Origin: Chrysomallon squamiferum
Lineage: Eukaryota; Animalia; Mollusca
Length of the DNA: 64,000 nt
Direction: 5' to 3'
NCBI GenBank assembly: GCA_012295275.1
Contig: CM022678.1
Coordinates: 8,680,001-8,744,000, forward strand
This document shows positions 30,010 to 50,905 of the stretch, piece by piece. How positions within the stretch are numbered: the first letter of the stretch is position 1; each line of letters starts with the position of its first letter. Made by a program: the position numbers and the translations under genes. The notes under the pieces were generated by a model, which saw nothing but the letters and a program-made list of their open reading frames with translations, made no database searches and was not told the DNA's origin.

Positions 30010-30305
30010 AATATGCTATTGAAACATGCTATTTAAATATGCTGATGAAACATGCTATTTAAATAAGCTAATGAAACATGCTATTTAAATATGTTAATGA
30101 AACATGCTATTTAAATATGCCAATGAAACATGCTATTTAAATATGCCAATGAAACATTCTATTTAAATATGCCAATGAAACATGCTATTTAAATATGCTA
30201 ATGAAACATGCTATTTAAATAAGCTAATGAAACATGCTATTTAAATATGCTAATGAAACATGCTAATTTAAATATGCTAATGAAACATGCTATTTAAATA
30301 TGCTG
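30010..30305. repeat. 26-bp minisatellite (~11 copies)
   Basis: GAAACATGCTATTTAAATATGCTAAT units with a near-palindromic core TATTTAAATA. Confidence 0.92.
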
Positions 30306-30479
30306 ACTAGAACATCACAGTTTTATACAAGCAAATTTCAACTATAAAATATTAATATGCCAATGGGAAAATGTTAATTTGAGGGTGCCAGTTAAAAGAT
30401 GCTTATTTAAATATGCTAATTTAAAAATATTTTTATATATTTAAATTCTTATATTTATAATCTAGAAATGATAAGCTTA

Positions 30480-30695
30480 AAATAATTAATCATTTTCAGA
30501 ATATTGAGATATTTAATTCATAGGTGTGAAATAAAATCTAGAATGAACCCGTGATATTTCAAATCAATGTTTGTCAGATATAGATGCAAATTTATAATTA
30601 ATAATTTTCAGAATATTCAGATCTTTAATTCATAGGTGTGAAATAAAATCTACGATGAACCCATGATATTTCAAATCACTGTTTGTCAGATATAG
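30480..30695. repeat. ~112-bp tandem duplication
   Basis: ATTTTCAGAATATT...CATAGGTGTGAAATAAAATCTA...GTTTGTCAGATATAG occurs twice. Confidence 0.85.
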
Positions 30696-33489
30696 CTAGC
30701 TGCAAGTTTTTCAGATGGGAAATATTTTTAACATGATTCATCAGGCTGCATCACAGTTTCTGCATTCAAAACTGATTTAATCTATAATAATGTGCTACTG
30801 TATATTGCTTCTCAATTATAAATGACTTACTTATTTAAAAAAAGAAGAGTTGTGTTTTATACCTGTGGAATTTTCCAGTTGTGTTTCATGATGAATTTAA
30901 GTTCTATAGTGCTAAATGTTAAAGAAAAGAAAATTTCAAAGTAAAACTTGTCTAAAACTCATGAAAATTTCTTTCAGTAAAACCCATGTTGTTTTTGTTA
31001 CTAGAATCTAGTAGCACAATTTTTTTTCTATTAATATTATTATTATTATTTTATCTTTTTTTATTGTTATTATTATTAACCAGTTTTAAGTTACCATTTT
31101 TACATGCAGCAAGAAATTCTAATCCTTAATAAGAGATAAATATAATATTGATATATTAATAAAATTTGTTTCTGTACATTTCTTACTGAAACCTTTAAAG
31201 AGGGTTTGCAGAAATGTAGGGCTACAGAACTAAAGTTTAATTTCACTATTTTTACTATTTGCATGCATAATGGATACATAATGAATATTTATAACTGTAC
31301 AGATTATATAAAACAAATTAATTTTTAAAAGTGCATTTCAGTTATCAAATTAGAAACTAAACCATGCAGAAATCTGTAAAACATAACATTTTGAATAATT
31401 TTAGATTTATGATAATATTAAGTACATTAACTCAGAAAACAATGTTATATAGGTAGAGAAATATTAGATTACATCTAAATCAAAATAATATTGAGAAACC
31501 TTTACTAACCTTTTCCATCAAAATTAATGTAGTTTCATTAGCTAAATGTAATGCTATGTATACATATATAAATAAGATAATCTCTATCTTTTAAAATAAA
31601 TTATCATCATCATCATCATTGTTATTATTATTATTATTATTAGGTACATGAATAATTATATTAATACTGAGCTGATAATATTTTTAATCTACTACATACA
31701 GAACATGGTTTTATTTAGATCTGTGTATTTGCCTACATTTAATAAACTGAGTTACACTAAATGTTTGTCGTCTAGGCAAGATAACTGTATAGTGAAATAC
31801 TGTGTCTAAATAACTGTAAATTTTAGTCACATAATTTTACACTGTGGATCTCATAAAAGCTTGCAGATTTATGACTGGGTTTGTTTGTTCTTGTGTATTT
31901 GTATTTTATTTATTACAAGTCACACACTTCTGAAATACATGTTTTTACATGTTGTGTTTGCATAGAGTTGTGATTCTTAGAATGGCTTCCATATTTATTT
32001 TATTTATTGTGTGTTTTGTGTGTTAAAAGTGATATCTACTGTACCAGAGAAATTTAATTCTGTAAAATACTTTAAATTTGAACACAAAGATCAGCAAACT
32101 TTTTATATTTTTTAATAATAATAATAACAATAATAATCATAATAATAATAATAATTATTATTATTATATTTATTATTTTTATTAATATTATTATTATTTT
32201 AAATTCTATGCAAAATTGTAAAATATTATTCCTATCTTCATCATTGTAATAATAATGATTAATATTAATTTTGTTTTATAAATTTAAAGTAAAAAGTAAT
32301 ATTAGTGTCTTGTTTTAGTAAAAAATTTTATTAATTAACAATAATAAATAATAAGTAATATATAATAAGAAAAAATACATCTGTAAAATAAAAATAAATA
32401 ATAATAGTTAAATCTAATTTTACACTCCTCTGTTTTAGCTGTATTATAGAATGCATAGATTAAATATTTTTACTTAATTTTTTGTTATTTGTTTGTTTTT
32501 GATTTATTTTATTTTATTTTAATTTTTTTTTTATCCTGGCTAAAAATTAATTTTAGTGATGTTGATATTATAGAATGAAACTGGATTCACAATATTTTTA
32601 ATTTAATTCTTTTATATATATATTTCATTTTATTTATTTTATCATTGTTTTAATTTATTTTTCCTGACATATCCAAATGTGAGATATCATCATGAGTTAT
32701 TCCCCCTATCCTGATTTTTGCCACCCCTATTTTTTCTCACCATATTTTCATGCATAAAGCATTTTCACTGAATTTAATTGATTAAAAATGTACTTTTTTT
32801 CTCTCCATTTTCATAGGAATTCAGTCTGATTCCAGTTATTGTTTGCATTTCATTTAGATATATATAATATATATATACATTTCGCTTAATTTCATTTAAT
32901 TTTCATTACTTTTTACAACCAATAATTTTGAAATTTATGTTACATATTTTTGTAATCATTTAACGAATCATATTTAAAAAATAATAATAATTGCTTGTGT
33001 CAAATATAATTATCTATAAGCCTGTAATATTATGCATAATTCTGTTTCTTTTCTTTTTGTAATTTTTGTTTCACGATTTCTTGTATTTGCTGTTTACGCT
33101 TGAATATTGGCTGTGATGCTGATAGCCTTACCTTGTTGCTGTAAACAGGCAGGTATCTGTATATAAAAATCTCAAAACGTGTTTCAAATTTTTTTTTTTT
33201 TTTTTTTTGTCACCTCACTGTTAACTAAACTGTGAGGATTGAAAAAGTTCTTCATTACAAGCTAACAGTCAAATAACACTGAAGCCAAATCTCAAACCAA
33301 AAGCTGAAGCAGACAAGCCTCAAGTTGTGGGTCTGTGGCTGGCACACTTTAAATCAAACATCAAAAGTCGGCTAGAAGATAAAGCGTGCAATGCGGCAGA
33401 TACATTTTGTGTCATACGAGTGACCGTGATTAGCAATAAGACGAAGAAGAAGAAGAAAAGCGAATAATAAAACAGTAGTTTAATACACG

Positions 33490-33695
33490 TGTGTGTGTGT
33501 GTGTGTGTGTGTAATAGTAGTAATAGTAGTAGTAGTAGAAGTAGTAGTAGTAATAGTAGTAGTAGTAGTAGTAGAAATAGTAGTAGTAATAGTAGTAGCA
33601 GTAGTAGTAATGGTAGTATAAGTTGTAGTAGCAGTAGCAGTAATAGTAGTAGAAGTGGTAGTAATAGTAGTACTAGTAGTAGTAGTAATAATAAT
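33490..33695. repeat. (GT)n plus (AGT)n compound microsatellite
   Basis: Direct reading; flanked by duplicated TTAGCAATAAGAC...AAAACAGTAGTTTAATACAC. Confidence 0.9.
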
Positions 33696-34434
33696 TATTA
33701 TAATATTAGCAATAAGACAAGAAGAAGAAGAAGAAAAGCAAAAATTAAAACAGTAGTTTAATACACATGTGCGTGCGTGCGTGTGTGTGTGTTTGTGTGT
33801 GTGTGCGCTTCTATCTGTATGAACATATTTGTGTGTTAATGTTGCTATAGATATATTTGTGAATATGTATTTCTACAGGAATCAGTATTCTGTTTTGTTA
33901 CGTTTAGACTGCACAATGAGAATAATCTGTGTGTATACAAATGTGTGTGTTTGTATATGAGGGTATTTATGTCAGTACGTATGAGTTTCTGTATGTAGAT
34001 AAAATTATTACAGTTAATGTTCATATTCGTGCTGTTATTGTTATAGCTGTAAAATAAATAAACTGATCCGAAAATAGTAACAACAAAAATAAGAACAAAA
34101 ATAATAATAATCAGACGCAGAATAAAGTTAAAAAAAAAAAAAAAAAAAATATTTCAGATCGCAGTTCCGCCCATGTGCCCCTGCTACGTGAATATTGTGA
34201 ATTGTTCCCTACTCAAACTAACTTGAACGTGCACACTAAATAAAGATGAAACATGATCGCTAACACCCGGATTTAAAACACGTGTCTGTAGACCTCAAGT
34301 GAGGTATCCAGTTTCACATTTAGTCACGTTTTTAAAACATCGATTCTGTTTTGTTTTCTGTTTTTTGTTGTTGTTTTTTCCTGGCTTAGCAATTTTCGTT
34401 TGTGCGGTTCTTTCTCTGATTTTATTTTTATTTT

Positions 34435-36190
<1,756 letters not shown>

Positions 36191-36792
36191 TCTTTTTTCT
36201 TCTTTCCTTTTATTTGTTTATTTCTTTCTTTGGATTAAAAAAAAAAAAAAAAAATAATTAAACCTAACTTCATGTCTAACAGAGAAATTTATAAAATATG
36301 TCAAGCAGAATAAAAATGTAAAAGTTGAAAACTTTTTTCCCACACGTGGGCCGACGGCGCGCACCTTTTTCACGTGTTGAAACATTTCTCCCGACCCGCG
36401 GGGAAAGTGTCACAGAGATTTTTCACATGTTGAAAATGCTAGGGATCTCCAAAACAATAATTTGTATTAGCTGTTAATAATAAATTTATAATAAATCTCA
36501 ACAGTGAACTGCTTTGTTCTCCACTGATATTATACACATTAATTATATTATACAGACAGACATACAGACATACATACAGACATACATACATACATACATA
36601 CAGTTAGGTGAATACATAGGTAGCTATACAGACAAAGAGATCACGAAACAATGTAAAATAGTTTTAAAATTTAAATGAAATAAAGACAGAAGAATTTTTT
36701 TTAATTATATAAATATTTTATTACAGTTTTCATTGTACAAGTATAAATTAAATATTCCAACATTATTTGAAATAAACTATAGTTTAGATGTA

Positions 36793-36857
<65 letters not shown>

Positions 36858-37130
36858 TGACAAAACTTGGTGAAAATTTCAAAAGTAAATCAGAGTCTGT
36901 TTTAAAGTGAAATCTATTTTGTAATTTAGCAAGGTTAAACGATAAAGTAATTCATAATAAATAAATAACATGTTTAAAAATAAAAATAAAGAAAGTAAAC
37001 AAATTAACTAAATTAATTACCTTACAGTAAATAAATAACTGATTTTCTGTTTATTTACAAGAAAGAAATGTCTGTGGACTTTCAACTTGAAAACAGTTCA
37101 GTGAAACTAACTTAGCAGACAGTTTGAAGT

Positions 37131-38668
37131 TTACTTTTTACACCACGTAAATATTTTTATTTCATTGTTATTAAACTGTGCCACGTAGAGTTTGTTGTCA
37201 TCACAACAGACACACCAAGGACTGGACAGTCCATCCTGGTCAGTGAGGATGTCACGTGTAATGTTACCATCTCGAGACAGCTGAACAACACAATTTCTAT
37301 TTCCACTACAAACAAAAATATTTCCCTCCCTGTCACATGTAACACCTCTCAAGTCTCTCAGTTTGTCTGAATCACGTGACTTCCATTTGACGTCACCTGA
37401 TGACGTCACACAAAATAAACTGTTTTCTCTCTGTGACACAACAATCAGACATTGATCGTGAACTGTGAGACTGCTCGGACTGGGGATCAAATCTGTTGAG
37501 ATAGAATTAATGAGCTGACCACTGTCTGTCAGTATGTCCAAGCACTGATTAAACAACCACTGACCAGTGACCGCGAGACGGTTGCCAGGTAACACAGAGA
37601 TAAACTGATACTTTTTACCAGTTGTAATTGTTTTTATCAGTTTGAAGTTTTCCAAATTTAAAAACAATATTTTATTTTCACCTGGCAGAACAACGACAAC
37701 AACAACATCACCCTGCTGACCACGTGACTCAGCAAGACCCCATGGACCAGTGGAAGTCACGTGTTTGTTTATCAGTGATTTTCTTTCTAAACAAAAACAT
37801 TTTACACATTCATTGTTTCTATCACTAACAACAATTTTACTCTTGTCCTCACCTGACACCAGGATGGAAGACACAAAAGGATTTGTTTTATCTTCTTGTG
37901 TTTTTGTGTTAATGGTGTCTGTGTGTTTGAGTGTGTCTGTCTGTTTGTTTATCTGTGTGTCTGTGTGTTGTGTTTTTGTGTTAATGGTGTCTGTGTGTTT
38001 GAGTGTGTCTGTCTGTTTGTCTATCTGTGTGTCTGTGTGTTGTGTTTTTCTGTTAATGGTGTCTGTGTGTTTGAGTGTGTCTGTCTGTTTGTCTATCTGT
38101 GGGTCTGTTTCGATTATTGTGATTATTTCACCGATGTGTACAGACATTTCTTTCTTTTTCTCAGATTTTCTCAGATTTATTTTGAATTCTAATTTTTCTA
38201 TTTGTGAAAGAGATTTTGTCAGAAACTCGGAAGTTGTGTTTTGAAGTTTGGTGAATTTTGGAAGATTTGTTTTTATGTCTGACTCTGATTTTTCTTTTAT
38301 CAAATTTTCACCAAGTTTTATAAATTTTTCATTTTCATCAATCAGATGTTTGTGTTCACTGAACAATTTTTGTATTTCTGAGTTTACAAAGTTCTGAGAT
38401 TTTTCTATTTCTCTTATTAGCCTGTCTTGTTCTTTGTGGACTGCGGCTGTGAAATCTGTTATTAGTGTGTTACCAATCCTTCTGACCTCTTCTGTGGTGT
38501 CCACGACGTTGATGTCGACGGCTTGGCGAAGTTGCTCAATCTTATCATCCATCTCTGTCTGAAGAGCTTCCTTAAAGGTTTTGAGACTCTCAGAAACAGA
38601 ACTCAGAATTGAAATGTGGCCTCCCTTTTTAGCTGAAATAAATAAATAAATAAATAAATAAATATAAA

Positions 38669-38708
<40 letters not shown>

Positions 38709-39216
38709 GAATTAGTATTTAGTACTAATGCTTTTAATAAAGATATGCATCCAATGTTAAGAGTTATAGAATTTATTTTATCAACTAAATGTAAATTCTT
38801 GTTAGAAAAATATCCTCTTTTTGTTTATTCTGCAATGTTTAATAAAGGACACAAATATTGTGAGTTAAATAATCACTGTATCTTCTTTAATTATTTTTTA
38901 TTGTAATAGATCTAAACACATCTGACTCACAAAACTTTGATTGTAGTCGATCATTAATGGCGTCGACCAGAGACTTGTTAATAGGAAACTGAGCTGCCCA
39001 CGTGTACACTGGTTTCGTGCTGTCTGGAATGTGGACATTCTGCCTGCAGAACGGGCAGCTTATTTCTGTGTCGTCGTTGTTGTAATTGTGACTGAAGAAG
39101 TCCTGCAGGCATTTCGAACAAAACGAATGGCCACAAGACAGAACTCGTGGCTTGTCGAAAATGTCCATACATAGACAGCATGATAAGTTATCATCGGAGT
39201 TTGAAGCTGTTGCCAT
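37131..39216 (-). CDS. Intact RING-HC + coiled-coil + NHL-type beta-propeller protein (TRIM2/3/71-like putative E3 ligase, no B-box), 595 aa
   Basis: Exon 39216-38931 (286 nt; RING CCLCMDIFDKPRVLSCGHSFCSKC...CPFCR), GTGAGT/tttcAG phase-1 intron 38930-38633, exon 38632-37131 (1502 nt). Total 1788 nt with an open frame. Helical region is followed by NHL-like blades (PWGLA, LRGVTCDREGNIFVC, SPWCVCCDDNKLYV). Confidence 0.92.
37895..38110 (-). repeat. Coding 72-bp (24-aa) tandem repeat x3 in the linker of copy 3
   Basis: HTDTQIDKQTDTLKHTDTINTKTQ repeated three times in ORF 37131..38552; variant arrays occur in copy 1 (~3060-3225) and copy 2 (~24147-24322). Confidence 0.9.
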
Positions 39217-39221
39217 ATCTG

Positions 39222-39284
<63 letters not shown>

Positions 39285-39328
39285 GGGAAGGCTAAGAGAA
39301 AATATAGAGAAAGAAAAATGTAAACTAA

Positions 39329-39386
<58 letters not shown>

Positions 39387-39696
39387 AAACAACTGACTGG
39401 AGGTAAAATTACATATTAATCCCAGTTAATTCATACGACAAATGGTATATACAAATAAATAAAATGAAATGATAAATGTATAAACTTGGAAATATAACAT
39501 TTTATAAATACACTAAATAAACTGTTCGTTTATTTATTTATTTAGTCTTATTTGTAAAATAAAAGTTACGAACTTGCTAAATTTAACCTTGTGACGTCAC
39601 TCTTAATTTGAGAAGGAAGACGACAGTCTGTAAATTGCGTGGCGACAAAACGAATATTATAAACGAAGTCTAGTGTAATAAATTGTATGAAGCAAA

Positions 39697-44952
<5,256 letters not shown>

Positions 44953-44993
44953 ATTGCTATTACTACTTTTTCTTTTTTTCTTTTTTTTTTTTT

Positions 44994-45061
<68 letters not shown>

Positions 45062-45150
45062 TATTTGCTGTTTCATAATGCACAGCTTAATATGTGATTA
45101 TAGAATGAGTTGAATTAGTTTACTGAGTGGCTTTATTATAATTGTTATTG

Positions 45151-45184
<34 letters not shown>

Positions 45185-45262
45185 GTAGTAGTAGTAGTAG
45201 TACTAGCAATAGTAGTACTGTTTACTTTTATTAACATTTATTTCTTTGTTAATTTAAAAGAA

Positions 45263-45336
<74 letters not shown>

Positions 45337-45699
45337 AGAAGATCAGAAGAAGAAGAAGAAGAAGATAACAATTAAAATATGTTGGAAATAACATGATCAT
45401 GTTTTAAGCAGAGTTTAACATTCAAGGTCTTCTGTTTTTCTTTTCTATCAAAACAAACCAGTCAAATGTAACTTTCAAATGTATTACCAGGTCCTAAACC
45501 TGTTCTATACAAAGATATACATAAATAATTTGCTACTTTTGAATAAATAAATATATTAAAACAAATAATAAAATAAAATAAAATAAATATAAAATCCTAA
45601 CCTAATTTGCAAAAATAATCTGAAGTGTAGGATATTTACAAATACATTTATTGAATTAACACTGAAATGTTCCTTTTGTCAATATATATTAAATAGTAC

Positions 45700-45737
<38 letters not shown>

Positions 45738-48433
45738 CATAACTGAAACAATACAGAAATAATGATAAAATACAATAAAATGTGTATTGAAATTAAAAAT
45801 TATTTTGAATCTAGTAAGAATTATAATAGCTTTATTTGTAAAAACAAAATTCCTAAAACAGACTTTTTTTATCTATCAATAAATATTAATCAGTCTTAAA
45901 TCTAACTGTAAACCTACCCTCAGCCAATCCTCACCCAGACTTTTTATTATTGTTGAATTTAACTGAGTGATAATTATTTTGAAAAATAATGTTTTAGATC
46001 TATCTCTCTTCAATCTCATTTTGTCTCTATCATTCTGATCTCATTTTGTAAAAAATATGATTTGCTCTCCTGATTTGATCCTGGGATCAGACTGACATCT
46101 AGTGAAATGTCTGTAATAACAGCTAAACACTGAATTTGTTAATCACTGTTCCCCTCCACTTTACCTTATGAAGTTGTCTATGACTCTAGCTTAAATTAAA
46201 AATATAAATAACAAAACTCAGAATAATTTAAATATTTGTTTGGAAGGAGAAAACAGGGTTTAAATAAACATTTATAACTACCTATTTTAAATCTTTGAAT
46301 AAAATTACCTGTCATAAATAAAAAAAAAAGCCTGTATAACAAGTGTCAGCAATAAGCTTTAGTTATTTTATGTAATATGTGTAATGACTGGTTCCACATA
46401 TACAGACAGACAGATAGAAAGATAGAAGAAACTATTTAAATATTATATTCTGCAAACAACCAAATTATTCAGTCATTTGAAATGCAAGTAAAATTCAAAA
46501 TTATATATCTCCAAGCAAAGTGTTTATGGTGTTTTCTGAATATGTACACAGCCAAAAATTAATAATAGTACCATTATTACAGTACTCCCTCAGTTACTTA
46601 TGCTATTGTTATTTTCATTACCTTTTACCAGTATTACTATTGCTGCTATTATTTCTAGTTATACTACTACTACTACTACTACTACTAATTCTATTACTAA
46701 CTGCTGCAACATTATCTGTATCAGTATTTCCACAATCACATCTATTACTTATACTATTATTTCAAAACTATATATATAAAAATATTCCTCACTCTTAGGA
46801 ATCTGTTTCTCAAGTCTGATGAAAATGCTAGCTACAAATATGTAATGAAAAACAGAAAACAAAATAATTTGAAATATTTATTTGAACAAGAAAAAGAAAA
46901 GATCAACATCAAAACTACTTTTTCATATGAAAAAGATAATTTTAGAAAAGCCTCAACAAAATTCATAATTAAAAATTTAGAAAAACATGGTCTAAGATGT
47001 ACTTGAACTTTAAAATTAAAATTTATTTAAAATGTTTCAACAGGTCTTAAAGTGCTGAGACTGCTATAAAACATAAATGTACCAAGATATACGAGGATAT
47101 TTGGTTAGAAAAAAAATTAAGATGTACTAAACAACTTGACATATAATGTAATCTGCAAATTAATCATTAAGAAAATATCTTCCAAACAACATATCTTCTT
47201 CAATTTTGTTTTATTATCATACTTATTAGCATAAATCTTTTCCAATACATTAATAAAAAAAATAATCATAATAATAAAATTATCTCCCTTGAGCTAAACA
47301 ATTTGTAGTTTTTTTCAAGCAGTAAATCAAGGATTTCTACATCAGTCATTTTTAAAAATAATTTCTTTTTCACACACTTGACTGTCTGGTCCAAACATTC
47401 TGTCTACTGGTCTATGTCTGACTGTATCTTGCATGAATGACACTTTGAATCTGAAATCACAGTTTCACAGATTTATAAATTCTTCAGTTAGTGCAGTCCA
47501 CATAACAAGTAACTGTTCTTAAAATATTACTTTTGGTGTGGAACTTTCTAGAAATTCAATATTCTTCAAGTTTTCAGTTCTTCATATTTGTTGTGGAGAT
47601 ATTTTATCTTCTGTTGTTTCTTCTGTTTAGTTTGTTCAGTACAGTGAGAAAACTTGAAGAACTTGGAGATAAACACAACAAGTCACTTAGAATCAATGTC
47701 ACTTCTCACATTTTCTTTCATTCTCAAAACAAGCTTATGATAAAGGACCCTGAAGAAAAAATAAAAAAATATTATTAAAATTAAAATAATATTCAGACTT
47801 GTATAAACAATATTATAAAATTTACATGTAAAATGAAGGTTGATATGATTCAAATGGGATGGGTTGTGATTTAATTATTTTCATGATTTTTTTTACTTAC
47901 TGTTAAAAAGCCATTTATTCCATGGACAAAATCAGTTTAATTTAGCATTGTATTGCATTTCATTTCATTTATTTCATTGTGAATCATTTCACACATTACA
48001 TTTTATTTTATTTTATTTCATTTTATTAATTTTTATTATTTTTTTCATTATTTTTCATTTCTTATTTCAGTTCAGTTCAGTTCAGTTCAGTTTGTTCAGT
48101 TTTGGTTCAATTGTTTGTGTTGTATTGTGTTGTTGTATTTGTATTGTATTGTATTTCATTTCATTTCATTTATTTTTTTATTTTATTTCATTGCACTGTA
48201 TCACATTTTATTTTCATTTCATTTCATATATCATTTCATTTTTTATTGATTTCACTGTATTTGATTTGATTTTATTAATAAATTCACTGTATATGTATGT
48301 ATATGGAGGTTTTGATGTGTGTTTGTGTTTCATGTGTGTGAATATTTGCATGTGCATGTGTGTGATGTGTGTGAATCTTTGTGTGTTGTGTCATCTGTTG
48401 ATGTGTGTGTGATATACTAATATTTATATCTAC

Positions 48434-50874
48434 CTCTAGAAGTAATTTTGTCAGTTTCCCATTTATAACCATCCATACAGTTACATGTGTAGACTCCATC
48501 TTAGTAGTTTTAGTTCTGAGTGTAAATATTTTTGAATTACATTCATTTATATCTGAAAGAGAGAAACAGATAAATTATATCTCAATCATTAACAACAATT
48601 AAACTTTCTCATACATTTTGACAAGTTTCTAAAATTACTCAAATATCATTTACACAGAAATTATTTCTAATATATGGATTAATTTAAAATTCATAAGTTC
48701 TGAGCATTTCTAAAATTAATCAAGTTTAAGTTACACAGATGTAACTATTATTAATAAAAATAAAAATTATTCATAAATTCTGACAAGTTTCTGAAACAGT
48801 ATTAACTGCTTTGAAATTTTTCTTAATTCCAGAAATAAGAATTTTAACTTAACTATTTGAATAGCACAAAAGCTACTAATGCATACATAAGTTGCAAACT
48901 GATTGCTGAATATATAATGAGCATGACATTATTAATAATAAAAAAAAAAAAAAAAAAAAAGATATAATGGTAGAAATGCTGACCATTCAGATTCAAAGAG
49001 ATAACACTTAAACTCAAAATATGAATAAACTAAGAATGCTTGAAGTGAACAATTTAACCTGAGAACCAGATAGAACTGACTCACCTGAGCATGTTTTGTT
49101 GTCTGAATTCAAGGTAAACATTTCTACACAAACACTGCTCCACTGTGTCATGCACCCTGCAGCCCTGTTCACACAAACTGTTCACTGCAGCACTGTCACA
49201 ACTGAACATAAAATATTTTTATAACTTTATTATATTTTGTCACAACAAAAATAAAATTTAAATTTTATTCACATTCTCACACAAATGAAAATAAAATAGT
49301 TTATAATTTTATCAAATTTTGTCACAATTAAAATAAAATTAAAATATTTTATAATTTGTAACCACTGTGACAAGAACAAATGTAGCTTTTCTCAGTGTTA
49401 GTACAAGAATGATACCAAACACTGAACAATCTTAAAAAAATGATCTTTTACATGAATGAATGAATGAATGAATGATGAAGGTGGAGACAGTGAACAAATG
49501 AGGAAGGTAAAGAGTGAATGGATGAATGAATGAATTAATAAATATCTGTTTAATAATAGTTTAATTATTAGTTGTAAAACATGATTTTTATTTTTATCTT
49601 TATTTACTTTTGTTGGTAATGTTCCTAAAAATTAATGTGACTCAAACTGCAAAAATAAAGTTAGCTGGTACCAAACAGGGTTTGTTTTTGTTTCTTTTTT
49701 TTGTTGTTTTTTTAACAATGTTAATTTCTTAGTCACTGAAATCTGATTTTCTGTGTTAAATAAACATTCATTCTGTTTAATTTTGAATAAAAAATTATTA
49801 ACAAGTATAAAATGATATTTTTTTTATTATATTTATTTATTTATTATATTTTAATGCAGAAAAAGTTAATTTTGTGACTGAGATATTAATTAACTCATTT
49901 CTATGTAATTTTTCAGTTTAAAACATCCATTCTGTTTTCTTTGGTAATTAAAATCACAAAAATATGTACAAAATTCATCAATCATTTTTATCATTTAACT
50001 ATTTAGTAAATAATAAGAAATCATTTCTAACATATAACTATTTATTAAATAACTAATAACTATTTCATAAATAATAAGAAATCATTTGTAACATAACTAT
50101 TTCATAAATAATAAGAAATCATTTGTAACATAACTCTTTCATAAATAATAAGAAAACATTTGTAACATATAACTATTTCATAAATAATAAGGAATTATTT
50201 CTAACATATAACTCTTTATTAAATAAAACATTATAATTTCAACTTGTTACCAAATTTTTAATATTGAGTAAATTAACTATTTATTAAGTTTATCCTACAC
50301 ACCTATACATTCATCTGACAAGTTGTGATATCCTGTCTTACACTCAAATGATAGGAGACTGGCAGGTTTTTGCAGTTGCTGTTTGCTTGACATGAAACTG
50401 TTGAAACACTACATTCATCTCTGTTGTTTTCACATCACACACCACCCAGCCAGCTTTACACTGACAATGGTCTGAGAGGGAAAAATAAAATTTAATTTGA
50501 AAATAAATAAATTAAATTAAAATCAAATTTTTGTGTTAGTATTTATTATAAAACAAAATTTATAAAATTATATTAAAAGTATAATCTAAATATCATGAAA
50601 ATTTCTGATTTTACACAATAAGTTGCTTCAGATTTCAAAATATAATTATGTTTTTAAAATATTTAAAAATTTATTTTTACATTATTGTATTTTGTAATGA
50701 GAAATTCTGCTTACTAACACATGTTGTCTGGTCATTTTCAAGTTTCTTCCCAGCCAGACAGGAACAAGTGAATCCACTGATTCTGTTAGTACAAGTATCA
50801 GTGTACTTAGTAATACTGACATCAGTTGATGTACACTCATTTATATCTAAAGAATAATAATAATAATAATAATA

Positions 50875-50905
<31 letters not shown>

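Noticed and set aside
37131-37890. DGR-like adenine-specific mutagenesis of the propeller
   Set aside because: Changes involve all bases plus indels; no template repeat or intact reverse transcriptase in the window.
37895-38110. Common origin of the 72-bp coding repeat and the 71-bp satellite
   Set aside because: Similar period and CA richness only; the satellite core (ATAATGGAGATAAAGATAAAAC) has no counterpart in the coding unit.
47370-47749. Possible terminal or SEA-like exon of the EGF pseudogene (minus strand)
   Set aside because: An acceptor is present but all frames are broken and no motif can be supported.
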